Positions 38,901 to 51,434 of a stretch of 64,000 bases of DNA are shown here, piece after piece. The notes under the pieces were generated by a model, which saw only the letters and a program-made list of their open reading frames with translations, was not told the origin of the DNA and did no database searches. A program made the position numbers and the translations under genes. The DNA lies in NCBI GenBank assembly GCA_010093815.1, contig ML996589.1; one strand, given 5' to 3'. Each line of letters starts with the position of its first letter. Position 1 is the stretch's first letter. Origin of the DNA: Pseudovirgaria hyperparasitica (lineage: Eukaryota).

Positions 38901-39600
38901 GCGAGTCTAGATTAGATAACCAGTCTTCCAAGAGATGTCGATTGAGCTTTCCCGAAGCGGTGAGAGGCAGATCCTTGAGTGGTACCCAGATAGAAGGGAC
39001 CATATATGGCGGCAAACGGTCTCCTAGCAGATCTTCCAGGTCCTGAATGTGCTGTGCAACATTCGGATCAGCCTCTGAATCAATCAACTGGATAATAGCT
39101 GCAGTTTTGCTTGGTTGGAAGCCATGAATATCGAACACTCCCACCAGCTTATTCGCAAAGGGACCGGTTTGTGGAAATAAAGATGCTGACTGGCGTGTGC
39201 GTTCATAACGAGCCATAAAGCTATCAATCTCTGCAAGCTCGACTCGTTAACTATTGATCTTGAATTGGCAGTCCTTTCGGCCAATAGGCATAAGAGTGCC
39301 GTCTAGATTATATCTTACAAGGTCGCCGGTTCTATAGAAAGGACCTCTACAATTTTGCCCAACAGCACTAAGCCAGGATGGTCGTTCGATAAAGGCTGCT
39401 GCTGTCTTTGCTTCGTCACCAAGGTATCCAAGCCCAACGAGAGGTCCTTCCAGCACCAACTCCCCTATTGTACTGACTAGGACGAGAGTTTTGCCCTCCG
39501 CAGTATCTGTGATCCAGGTTAAGCAACCAGCTCCGTGGCCGATAGTTGGCTCGCCCACATGACTGGGGGTGATGGCAGCAATAGTTGCGGTAGGTGTGCA
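32970..39600 (-). pseudogene. NRPS segment: end of A1, T1, E1, C1, A2, T2 and start of C2
   Basis: Includes the 902-aa open stretch 33399-36107 (A2-T2-C2). There is a +1 frameshift just before the T1 GGDS motif (~38760) and several TAG/TAA stops. Confidence 0.92.
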
Positions 39601-40523
39601 CAGACGTGAGCATATACAATCGGATACAATCCGAGGTACTAGATTAGGATTATATGATTAGTCACCCTAAAAGTATAGATTAAGCTTAGAATCTACGCTA
39701 AGGGATTAAGATTACTTATATTAGATTAACTTACTTATATAATAATTATCTAATTAGAAAGGAGATAGAGAAACTAAGAGATAAGTATATCTAAATATAG
39801 TTACTTATAGATAACTTTAAGTTTAAAACCGAGGAAATAGCTAAAATCCGAGCTTTTTTAATAGAATCACCCTCTACTAAGTTAAGTTAATTACTATATA
39901 GAATAGAAAAGTATATTATTAGCCTTACGACTTAGACTATAAGTTAATAAGTTCTTTTTCTATCTATAACTTTAAGTAGAGTACTAGCTAAACTATTATA
40001 GGATAAAGCTTTACTTAATAAGTAGTAATTATATTACTAGCCTTACTAAAGGTATATTTATACTTATAACTTAAGGCTAGAATACTTAGAACGTTAATTA
40101 CTAGTTAACTTAGCTAAGGATAGTTATTCTAATAAGCTATCTAGAAGGTAATTAGTATATTAGTCTATTTACTATTATAGCTAATAGAAGGTTTATATTA
40201 CTAGTAGATAAGCTTATCCTTAATAATCTTATACTATTCTTTCTCTAGTAAGTTAGAGTACTAAGAGATAAAGCTATTAATATCTATAATAATAATAATA
40301 ATATTATATAACTAGGTAGAGTAGTACTCTATAGGCCTATGCCTTCTCTAGTCTAAGCCACTATATAAGAAGAAACCCCATAGGGAAAAACTTCCTTATA
40401 TCTATAACTACATCTCGTTAAACCTCTATTTCGTCTTAAGTATATAGCTATAGGGTACGCCTATTAGCCTATAGCCTATATTACTATTATTTTACCCTTA
40501 GGTAGCACGTATAGATGCGGAGG

Positions 40524-40554
40524 TTATTAGTTAAGGGCTGCCCTTAACTAATAA
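40524..40554. repeat. 31-bp palindrome overlapping the LINE-A ORF2 stop
   Basis: Minus-strand TAG at 40550-40548 is in the ORF2 frame. Confidence 0.95.
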
Positions 40555-43500
40555 TTAGGGTTCTCCCGGGGTTCTTCCGGTATATATCGGGTTACTACCA
40601 GCGTATACCGGGTCTCTTCCAGTATATATTTCCGGGTCCACTAGTACTAGAGGAGTAGTAGATATATAAGTATCTATCGGGAGACGTCCTTAGGGTACTT
40701 ATTAAGCTATTATACGATATCTAAAGTCTTTATAATATAGATAAGCTATTACCGTTATATATAGAGGTTAGGGTATATAGCTAGATAGTAGCGTATTATA
40801 CCTCTCCGGCCATACGCCTTATACTATAGAGAGGTATTAGAAACGCCTCTCTTATAGATATAGTATAGGAGTCCTATAGCGCCTATTCGGGCTTAGATAA
40901 GTATAGATACTTAGGCTTTCGTTAGCCCTTTATATATCTATTTACTCGGTTCCTTCTATAGCCCTCGAATCTACTCTAGATATCTATTCTACTAGGAGGT
41001 CTAGTAGGCACGGAGTGCCTCTTTCTACTTATCTTAAGTCTATAACCGTATATTTTTTATAAGTTCTTAAAGGCTCTACTAGTCTAGGAGAGCGTCCGGG
41101 TTATCTCGGACTTCTTATACTACTTAGCTAGAGTCGGCTTCTATTAAGCACCTATACCGTATTCGATTCCGGCCTATATATAGGAGTGTGTAGTAATATA
41201 TACTAATTTATACACGTAGTACGGCGAAAGTATATTCTACGTTTTCTATACATTCCTATACTTATTATTTAGTAAAGTATACTACCCTCTATGTCTAGTA
41301 GAAGTTATATATACTTATAACGTCTATCTCGCGTCGTAGTAGTACCGTATTAGTAGCTTTATATACGCCTAATATAAGACGGAGTATACGGTTCTATATA
41401 GATTTAAGCTTTATTCGCCTAGTCTATATAAGGGCTATATACTAGTACTCGTGTCCGTACATAAAGGCGGGTCGTGCTATAGATATATATAGCTGGCGTG
41501 CCTTATCCCGGGCGGTTCCCTATATAGAGGCTATAATCCGTTATATAGTGGCTTCTATCTAGAGGGCCCTAGAGACGGCGTATACTACTTATAGTCCCTA
41601 TTTAAGCTTACTATCTAGTATGACTCTAAGCGCGCGCATGCTTTATACTAGTAGTTTATTAAATACGTCGATTCGGGGGCGTCGTTCGCCTTCCCTAGTT
41701 ATCTATTTCCCTTAATAATTAATAAAGTATATAAGCTAGTATTTCTCCGGGGCGAACTTTACTCCGTAGCGTTTTACCTACTAGAGGCACCTCTTATAGT
41801 TCTATTCTAGTCATCTACACGTTCGGTTAGTATTATTATTAATAGCTAGGAGGTATATATTATTAGTATATCCGACTACCTCTATATACTTTATTTCTTA
41901 AAGAAGGTCTACTATAAAGAAGAGGAATAGAATCGGAGAGATAGTACTCCCTTATAGGATGCCGTATACCGTCTCTTTATATTCGCTCTAGTACCTAGAG
42001 ATATATATCTAAGTTATTCTTCCTATAAGGAATAACTATATAAAGCGTGTAATCTATTCTAGTATTCGTCTTATCCGGAGGTTATAAATAAGTCTTATAT
42101 AGTTTATCTTATTAAACGCTCCGGCCATATCGAGGGAGAGGAGCGATACTACCCGTCCCTATTTCTATACGGCCTAGACGACTTTAATAATATATTAGAT
42201 AGCTATTATTAGGGAGCTATCTATCTTTACCTTCTAGTTCGGAGAGAGGAGATTATATTTCTATACCGTGGTACTTATCTTCTTTACTATCGTGGCCTCT
42301 AGTATCTTACCTAGGTAGAAGAGAAGGGCGATTAGTCTCTATCCCTTTAGGGAGTTAGGGCTCTTTCCTAGTTTCGGGAGTATAATAGTATAGGCGACTC
42401 GGAAGCTCTAGGGGTAGTACCCCTACGTGACGTATGCTTAGAATATACGAGTAATAAGTAGTAGGGTCGCTTTTATAGTACTTTTTAGACATCGATTTAG
42501 AATTCCATCTAGTCCGGGTGCTTTATTATTTAGGAGTATCTTAATAATATTAAGTATATCCTCCTCCGTAACTTCTTTAGGGATATCTACCGCGTATAGG
42601 TATTCGGCGCCGTGAACGTCTAATAGGTCTACTAGTTCCGGGAGAGGGAACATGGCCTCCCGTAGGGCCTTAGTTTTCTTAAGGCTCGTGGAGTATATTC
42701 TCCCCTAATATATTAGGGGAGACATAAGTGGCGGGGGTGTCGGAGTATCTACGCCCTTGGCCTATTTCGCTATACGCTATAGCCCTATTACGTATCGTAT
42801 CTATTAACTAGTAACTATACGCTACTATTTATACCTTTCGTTATAGAGGACTTTATCGCGTTATTATATCGCTTCCTTCTATTCTTCCTACGACTCGGGT
42901 ATTCTTATATAGTATACGTATATATATAGCCTTCGGGTATCTTATCTACTTTCCCGTACTCGAGGAATCCCCTTTACTTCCGGGGGCCGGTATATTTAGT
43001 ATAGTACGTGTTTATTTCTCGTATTCTAATATATTTATAGGAGTGTCTATACGGCCTGGTCTATAGCTAGGTCGTTAGATATATCGACTATAGAGGGATC
43101 TAGAATCGCCGATTCTAGGTCCTTCAGGTACTTTTCCTAGTTAGTGTCCTTCTATATCTATCGTCCCCGTTATTTATTCGGGGTATATATATTTATTACG
43201 GTTTCTATATATTTATAGTCGGAATCCGTCTATACCTAGCCTAGGCGGTAGTATTAGATCTAGTAACTAATATACTCCGTGGCGAAGGTAAGGTTAAGCG
43301 TGGACCCGTCTTTATCCTATTTATGTTTTTTCTATATAACTTATTCTATAGGTATAAGTAGGTATAGGAAGTCGTGGTAGCGGGTACGTAGTTCCCTTAC
43401 TCTAAGTTCTTCCCTAACTACGGCTAGGCCTCCCTACTATTAGTAGTAGAGGTTAAAGTCTCCTAGGAGGATGTATTACCCTAGTTCCGTAGTACCCTCG

Positions 43501-45300
43501 AGTATCTCGTCTAGTATAAGTACACGTTATTAGTTATATATATTATATATATATAGGGGGCCTATATCTATTTATAGGTGTAGTATTATTCTAAGGTTAT
43601 CGCGCTCGGTATATAACCATAATAAGAGTGGTATTAACCTATAAATATGGAAGAGGACTCGTCTTTCTAGTTCTAGAGGGTATATAGTATAGTATCTAGG
43701 GTGTGTGGTTGGTTTACTTGTCTAGTAGTATTTATAGGGTTTCTAGATAGCGAGTATTATAGCCCTAGTCTCTTTAAGGAGCGTCGCCTAGTTCTCTCTT
43801 TTATATTATATATTTATCTATATAATTTAGAGTATATTCTAGTCCCTTATTAGATACTAGAGAGTATATATATCTATATGCTTATTCCTCGGAGGCGCGA
43901 CTATCCTCGCGCGGTAGCGGCTTTAACTATGCCTTTTAGTCGTCCTATCGTCTTTAGGATAGTCTACTATCCCGCCTAACTACCTTCTAGAGGGGAGGTT
44001 AGAGGTATTATAAAGGAAGGGCTCGTGGTAGGTATTATATTCTATAACCATCTTACGCCTCTCGCTTTTATCGTGCGAATATATTCTATAATCTATTTAC
44101 GTTTTATACACGTTAACGACTATAACGGGTGTTTCCTATCATAGTTTAAATACTATACTATATCCCTATTTCTTAGTCTATCTCCTCGCGGTTTATAAGG
44201 GCACTCCTAGGTAGCGTGGTCCCTACGGCACTATCCGCACTTAGTCTTCTATAAGTACCTTTATATAGTGTATCTATACCCTTAATAGTTAAAGTACTAT
44301 ATTATTACCTATACCCTATTCTATAGCTCGGCCATAAGGAGCTCTCCTTCTATTAGGAATCCCTTCTATATAATGCGTTATATAAGGGCGGGGTCTCGGA
44401 GCTCTATAATTATAGTAGAGTGTTTTTTCGCCGTTATCTTAATCGTCTATAGGTTCTTCTACCACGCTTTTACGATCTTAATCCCTAGGTATTTTCGCGT
44501 GTTAGATTATTCCATGCGCGTAATATCCTCCGCTCCGATAGCCTATCCCCGCACGGGTACTACGTATACTATAATCGGGTATATAGCTATTCTAATAGAC
44601 GCGCCGGGGAAGATACTACCTATTATGTTCGGATCTCGCGAGATGTTTTACTACGTAGTATTTATTATAGTAGTAAGTACTATTCTATCTAGCGTAACTT
44701 TAGTTACTATAACGCTCGACTACATTCCTTTCTATTCGTTAATCTTATTTATAATTTCCTTTAGGGATACCTATTAGACCTACGCTAGCGTGTCCTTATC
44801 CTAGATTATAACACGTATACTATATACTCTATCTATGGTTCTAGTAGTCCTTAGTACGGTAGCTCCGGGTATTACTATAATCTAAGCCTACGTGTTAGGG
44901 CGCTTACCTTAGGATAGCTCTTCCTAGATTCTCCGTAGACTAGCTTCTATTTAGTCGAGTCTACTACTAGGTTCCTCTTATGGCGACTTCCTTTCTTTCT
45001 CTATGATTTCTCTTAGGTTCCGGATAAGGTCCCGGAATATATAAAGGAGGGTCTTCTTTCCCTTCTCGGCGTCCCTCTCTATACGTATTACCTAGTATTT
45101 AATTTTATCTAGGAGGGTCTCCCCTCTCGGGGTCCCCTCGGTCTAGGTTATCTATAGCGCTTTATACCCTTAGTTAGTTCCTATATTTTAGATAGGTATC
45201 TAGCTATCTATATTAATGTCGCTATATAGCCGTTTCTACCGTACTAGTAGGGGCATATCCGGCGTATACCGGGGTGTTATAATACCTAAGGCCGCCATGG

Positions 45301-45331
45301 TTATTAGTTAAGGGTAGCCCTTAACTAATAA
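45301..45331. repeat. 31-bp palindrome before the LINE-A ORF1 ATG
   Basis: ttattagttaaggg-tag-cccttaactaataa; ATG at 45298 on the minus strand. Confidence 0.95.
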
Positions 45332-48300
45332 AAGGGGGTTAGCGTGTCGGCGTTTATTAGATATAGTCTATACTCGTGTTATCGAAGAGTCTTCGAGTAT
45401 ATATATATAGTATCTCTATACGTCGGTATCGTCGCGTATTATACGCTATACGTACGCACATGTGTCGGAGGTTGTTATACTCGGTGTACTCTATCGTTTA
45501 ATGTATGTAAATCGCTGTTTTACCCCGAATTAACTAGTTTAGTCCGTTAGGGTGTGAGAAGTTTTTTTCCTATTAATATCTATAGTAATAGAGTTATAAT
45601 ATACTACTTACGGTATTATAGATAATACTAATATCTATATAGGCTCCTCGCTAGCTAACTATCTCTTATACTACTACTAATATTACTAGAAGATAGACTT
45701 AGTATCTTTAAAGTCGTCCTACGCGCTTTAATAGAAGGTCTTAAGGTTTAGATAAAAATTTATAGTAGTATAGTATATAGAAGACTTATTAAGTACTATA
45801 AAGTATTTATTTATCTTTAGCTAGCCGTTATTAATAGTAATAATTATATAGTTACTATTAGTAAGTATCTCCGCTATTATCTTATCTTTATTTACTAAAT
45901 TAGATACTATATATTATATTTTAAGTCTCTTAAAATATTCTATAAGATAAGTAATAATAGGGATAACTTACTAGATAGCTCTAAACTTACTATTAGATCT
46001 ATATCTCTTAAGGTAATAAGTAGTAACTCGGAGTAGTAGTAGTAACTTAAGATACTAGCCTATTACGTCCTAGTTATATTTAGTAAGGCTACTAACCTAG
46101 ATAAATAGAGGCTTCTAGTTTTAAGTATTAACTCTTCTTATAGAAGTCTTAATTAGTAGAGCTAACTTAATCGCCTTCTCTTTCTTAGCCTAAGTCTTAA
46201 GAGTACGCCTTAAATACTTTCTTAAACTACTAGGTAGGTAACTTAATTAAGTATACCTATTTCTCTTATAGGCTGCCTTTATACACGTAGCTTCCTTACG
46301 CTTTATCTCTATCTCTATTACTCTCTTATATTATATAACTAGGTTAATATAGTATTAAGAGAACTAGTAGAGAGCTTCTCTAAGCTTAATTACTTACTTA
46401 ATTATAGAGATATAGCTATTCTATTATATCTTTATAGGTATAATAATATCTAGTAGCTTAAAATTAGGGTCTATAGAAGTAAGTAATAGAATATATACTA
46501 TAGAGTAATATACCTAGCGTAGAAAGACTATTATTAATATCTCTCTAAATATTATAGAATCGCCGTAAGCGTTTAGAAGTATTAATATACTAGATAATAG
46601 TAAAAAGAGTACTAAGAGGCCTAAATCTACGCTATTCCTTAATTAATATATCCTTATCTTTAGAATCTAGTATATCTTTATAAGCGAGCTTATCCTTTCC
46701 AAATAGAATACTCTTTATAATAAGGTTAATAATATAGTAGAAGTACTAAATAGAAAGATTTAGGTGCTAATTGTCTCCGGAGCTAACTCCTAGCTAGAGT
46801 TCCTTATAAATATACTCTATAGTAGTATTATTATTTAAAGTAGAGTCGAGTATAAAGTAGCTAATATTCTTTACTATAAGGTTATATTAATTAAGTATAA
46901 AGAGAGTAAGTTTAGCGTAATTTAAGTCTATATAGATATCTATTATCTCTAGTAGATTAAGTAGAAAGTTATAGAATTTACCTATAGTAGTAATATTTAT
47001 TAGTAGACTTATTTCTTAGTAGCTAAGCTTTATAATATAATAGTCTTACCTTCTATATCTATAAAATAAATATAATACCCTATTAGGGTAAATCTCTACT
47101 ATTATATTATCTAGCTATTAAAGGAGATATATATCCTTAATAGTACGCTAGCTATAGCCTTAGTAAGTATACTAATATTTATCTAGTATATACTAATAAT
47201 ATTCTAACGTAGTATACTTTGAGTAATAAGCTATTCTACTATATATAGATTTATAGCTTAAATTATCTTAATAAAGAAAGGGTTCTCTATCTTCTTTAGC
47301 GTGTAGTTACTATATATAATCTATTTTAGTACTTTCTTCGCGAACTTATCTATATAGTAAGCTTTAATAATAGTATTTATAGTACTTTAACTAATACTAG
47401 ATCTATTTAGAAGTTAGTAAAGAATAGAAGGAGTATTATTAACTACTCCGTCCCGTATAATTCTATAAATAATATCTATATAATAGCCGGTAGCTAAAGT
47501 CTATTAAGTGGCGTAGTATATATCTATAAGATAAAGCTTTTTAAGATTATAATAATAGTAGTAAACCTAGAAGATTTAATCTATTTTCTTCTTCTTAACC
47601 CTATACCTATAATACTATAGCTAGCTTAGCTTACTATAAGATAAGAGATACTTAATAGAGATATAATATTGACGGAGACACGTCTAATTAATTATCTTAT
47701 AGTCTTTAGATAACTTAAAGTCGAAGGTAGTATTATCTAAGTTATCTTATTAAGTATATACTATCTTTAGAGTATTACTAGTAATTAGTACTACTAGTAG
47801 TATATTTAATAACTCTATAGTATTAATAGAGATTATTAATGAGAATAGAATAGAGGTAGTAGATAAGGATAGAATAGATATATTAAGGTAATAATTAAGG
47901 TTCTTTAAATAGGTAAAAACGTATAGTAATTAATAGATATTAGGAATATTTAATATTAGTAGATATAGTATATATAGTATATCCGCCTAATTCGTGTCTC
48001 TAACTATAATTAACTTATAAACCTAGCTAATTTAAAGAGATTTTACGTCGCTAACTAAACTTAATTCTAGAACCTATCTATATTTACCTAATATAGATAT
48101 ATATAGGGTCTTAAGTTATACGTCTCTTAGTAAATAAACTCTCTTATAGTATAGAGTTAGGTATATTAAGAAACTTACTACTAGAACCCTACTAAAATCG
48201 ACTAGTTTAGCTATATATAGAGCCTTACATTATATATCTATTAACTTATTAAATATCTACTATCTAGAACCTATATATTTAATCTAATATAATTAATCTA

Positions 48301-48426
48301 ACTAATTAGATTAAGATTATACTATCTTAGTAATTATTTTAAGTTATAGATTAAGCTTATATTCTCTATTAAAATTTTGGCCTAGATTAAGATTATATAG
48401 ATTCGGATTGTATATGCTTACGTCTA

Positions 48427-49320
48427 GATATATATTTACATAGTAACATGGCCTATACGGAAGTCTAATATCAACGAGCCTTAACCATCGTTCGGCATAC
48501 TTAGAAGTCAATCTCTCCCCTCCTAGAATCAAAGTACATAGGGATATAATAGTACTATCGTCTAAGATTATAGCGGTAGACGGCGTAATATTAAGGATGG
48601 TTGGATTAAATTACTTAATAGAAGTAGCTAGATCGTCGCTACGTTCTTATTCCGAAGGAATGTAAAGATAGATACCGATAATAAATATACTCATGAAGTT
48701 AAAGCAAATAGAATCGAAAGCGTAAGAACCGAAGTCGTATACTCGCGCATTAGACATGTAACCATAGGCCCGCCTCTAGTAGCGTAAGACGCTATATACA
48801 TTCGAATGGCTAATCTAAGCGCCCTTTAGTATACTAGTACTACTAGAAGTAAAGATTATATATAGTCTATCTAATGGCTAAACTCGTGGTAAGATCGCCT
48901 TAGTAATAATAGAGCTAGTAATCTCTCTTATTAGATTATCGTTAAGCACGATAGTTGGCGTAGCGCTAAGGGTACTTATAAACTTTTCATCGTCTACTAA
49001 CGTAATGAAAATAACAGTGAAGGCTTAATCTAATCGAGAACGGATTTTATACGTTCTAGTGGCTGGCGCGAATCTATTATAATAGACGTACTACTTAACT
49101 TTATTATACCTAACATCGCGATAGAAGTCTACTTGGATTTTCTAAAGTACAACGGCACGATTGCATTTCGGTCCACCTGTCACCTAATTAGATGCCTGGT
49201 AAGAAGCGAAGATAGTTCGTTAAACTATTAATAAGTATAGTTACTATCCTATGCGTTAATAGCTATCCGTTTGTCTATAGTTACATGGGAAAGCTTAGCG
49301 CCTAATGTATATCTATGTTA
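48427..49320 (-). pseudogene. NRPS segment: N-terminal half of A1, heavily mutated by RIP
   Basis: De-RIPed IDAWDG, FTSGSTGxPKG, ARVYDFGSYAFD, ILGGERL and LPYGPC; continues into 39600 across hAT 2. Confidence 0.85.
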
Positions 49321-50497
49321 CTAACACGCGTTTTTATATATAATTAATATTTTATAACATTGTTAATGAATACTTACATACCTATTAAAATACCTATTAT
49401 ATATTAGTATTATATAATATTAGCTATATATTAGTGTTTTTTTAACTATTTTATACTATCTATTATACCTTCTAAGTAGCGTAAAGATATTTAATTCGGA
49501 TAGAATAACTCGATAGAACCTCTACTACTATCTCCTAGGCTACGGCTACGTATATCTATGTTAAAGGCACTCTAGTATAGTATAGATAAGGTATTAAGGG
49601 CTATAAAGATAGTAGTAAGATATAAAAATATACTACTAGCGCCCTCTAATATACCCTTATTAAGTAATTCTCTAGTCTTACTAGATAATATATCTAATAA
49701 TACTAATAACTCTACTTTAGTTTATAGAGATATAGCTAAGATTAAGAAGAAGAAGAATCTATAGAATAATAACGCGGCTCTTAATAAGATAATATAGTCT
49801 ATCTATATAAATTAGTAACTTAGAGTAGATAGTTTTAGAAAGATTATTAAGACTATATTACTAAAGATAGAAGCCTAGTATAAGTTCAAGAAGGAGTTAT
49901 ATAAGAAGAAGATTTAGTAGTTAATTAATAAGGCTCTTAGTACTAATAACTAGCTATTTAAGACTTAAGGCTTTACTATAAAGCTTGGAATATCTAGTCG
50001 TACTAGGAAATAGTTAATACTTCTAGACTAGAGTCTAGATAACTAGGATAAGCTTCTTACCTTCCTTAATAAGATCTATAGTCTAGTAAGAAAGAATCTA
50101 CTAGAGGCTATATTTCTTACCTTCGAGGATACTATTATCTATAAGTCTTATTAGCTACTAGAACGTAAGAAGGCTATAGTATCTAATCCGAAGTCTTCTA
50201 TACTATTACTACTTACTAGTTATAAGGATTATAGACGTAGGATAGTAGTCTAACAGGTCATAGAAGAATTTAGAAATATATTTAAAAGGGTAGTCTACTC
50301 TTATAACGAGGTTAATTCCTAAAGAGTAGAAATTAAGTATATATAGCCTACTTATATAGTAGTCTCGCTTAATCTAGCTAACTTAATCTAGGTCTATCTA
50401 TTACGGACTATACTAGACTATAGTAGTCTAGTTAAGTCTATTCTAGTATTAGCCCTAATAATATTCTTCTTCTTTTTTATACTTCGCTCTAAAGTAC

Positions 50498-50814
50498 TAT
50501 GGAAGGCCGCTCCTGCAGCCCCACATGTATGTGTCCCTGGCTCGATTACATGGCTCATTGTATATTTAAGGAGGGCGTTTTCCTTGGTCATTCTGCATGA
50601 CACGCTTCCCCCATCACTAATATTCGACGATTCGACCTTTCCTTACGTTCATGGGCCTCTATGGGTATTGATTATTAGGCTTAGCTATTGATAAATTAAT
50701 TAAGAGTATTGTATAGACCCGTCCTATCGTAAAAGAGAACTAATGAGAAGTCGTGCGTTCAAAGAGAACTTATAATACCTGGGAGAGATACTTACGTGGC
50801 GATGGCTCATCACA
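50498..50814 (+). repeat. 5' LTR of gypsy copy 2 (317 bp)
   Basis: Direct repeat of 61486-61802. Confidence 0.95.
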
Positions 50815-51318
50815 TTTTTAGAGGTCGTACCCGGACTACGAACTTACAGGGGGAGATTAGGACTCCGAAACTAGCTTAGGGGAAGTATATGGCGTGCCTA
50901 ATAAGGTAGTCTAGACTTACTAGATCGAAGCCACGAGTCTAGAAAACAGGGAGTCCGGAGTCGCTAGGGGCTAGCCTCTTAAAAGTAGCCGCAAAAAGCA
51001 TACGCATGCTAACACGGGTAATAGCGCGACTCGAAAATGTCTTAGGGGAATAGGATATAAAATAGGGCCAGATGAAGCAGCAAAGAAGAGTTCAAAAACG
51101 ACAAATATAACCTGTTTAGTGCTACCATAGCTGTCATTCATAAACACGGCTATATAAGTATACTACTTTAGGAACGCCTCACACGAAGATAATAACATAA
51201 GTAGGATACCGTGAACCTCATATCGATAAAGACGATAGTAATAGTTCACCTTATAAAGGGATTAATCAACATGGAGAAGGGATGATAGGTGTTATAGGTA
51301 GACGCATTAGGCCAACCT

Positions 51319-51346
51319 TTAGTCAAGGTAATCCCTTAACTAATAA
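51319..51346. repeat. Degenerate copy of the 31-bp palindrome
   Basis: ttagtcaagg-taat-cccttaactaataa; keeps the un-RIPed TTAGTCA. Confidence 0.85.
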
Positions 51347-51434
51347 CCTTACCCCCAGCGTCTCTACTAGCACACCTACTACTAGTAATAGTGCGATAGG
51401 AGCTTAAAACAACGACCTAGTAACTCGTAGAGAG

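Larger units (their letters stand above)
40289..45569 (-). mobile_element. Tad1-like LINE, subfamily A, copy 2, full length (ORF1 45298-43847, ORF2 43850-40548)
   Basis: 15-bp TSD ctattaatatctata (40274-40288 and 45570-45584); (TTA)n tail; near-identical to 512-5471 apart from transitions. Confidence 0.95.
39601..48426 (-). mobile_element. hAT DNA transposon 2 (~3.5 kb without the nested LINE), inserted in NRPS A1
   Basis: TIRs cagacgtgagcatatacaatc / gattgtatatgcttacgtcta. 8-bp TSD ggtgtgca (39593-39600) versus RIPed gatatata (48427-48434). De-RIPed dimerisation motif YPQLSQLAIDVLSIPASSCECERTFS at ~40030-40130 and GWxKMDEYF at ~45810. Confidence 0.9.
24376..49320 (-). pseudogene. Multimodular nonribosomal peptide synthetase pseudogene (A1-T1-E1-C1-A2-T2-C2-A3-T3-E2, truncated); segments ~49320-48427, 39600-32970, 27523-24376
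   Basis: A motifs FTSGSTGxPKG, YGPxEC and YxTGDL; T motifs GGDSISAM and GGDSIRAM; E motifs HHLVVDLVSWRI, EGHGRE, SRTVGWFTT and FNYLGQF; C motifs SHAICDG and HHALYDG. Contains premature stops and frameshifts. 5' boundary approximate. Confidence 0.93.

Noticed and set aside
24376..49320. Assigning the NRPS to HTS1 or another named synthetase, or predicting A-domain substrates
   Set aside because: A second E domain in module 3 does not fit HTS1. Fungal specificity codes are unreliable and are altered here by RIP, so no symbol is given.
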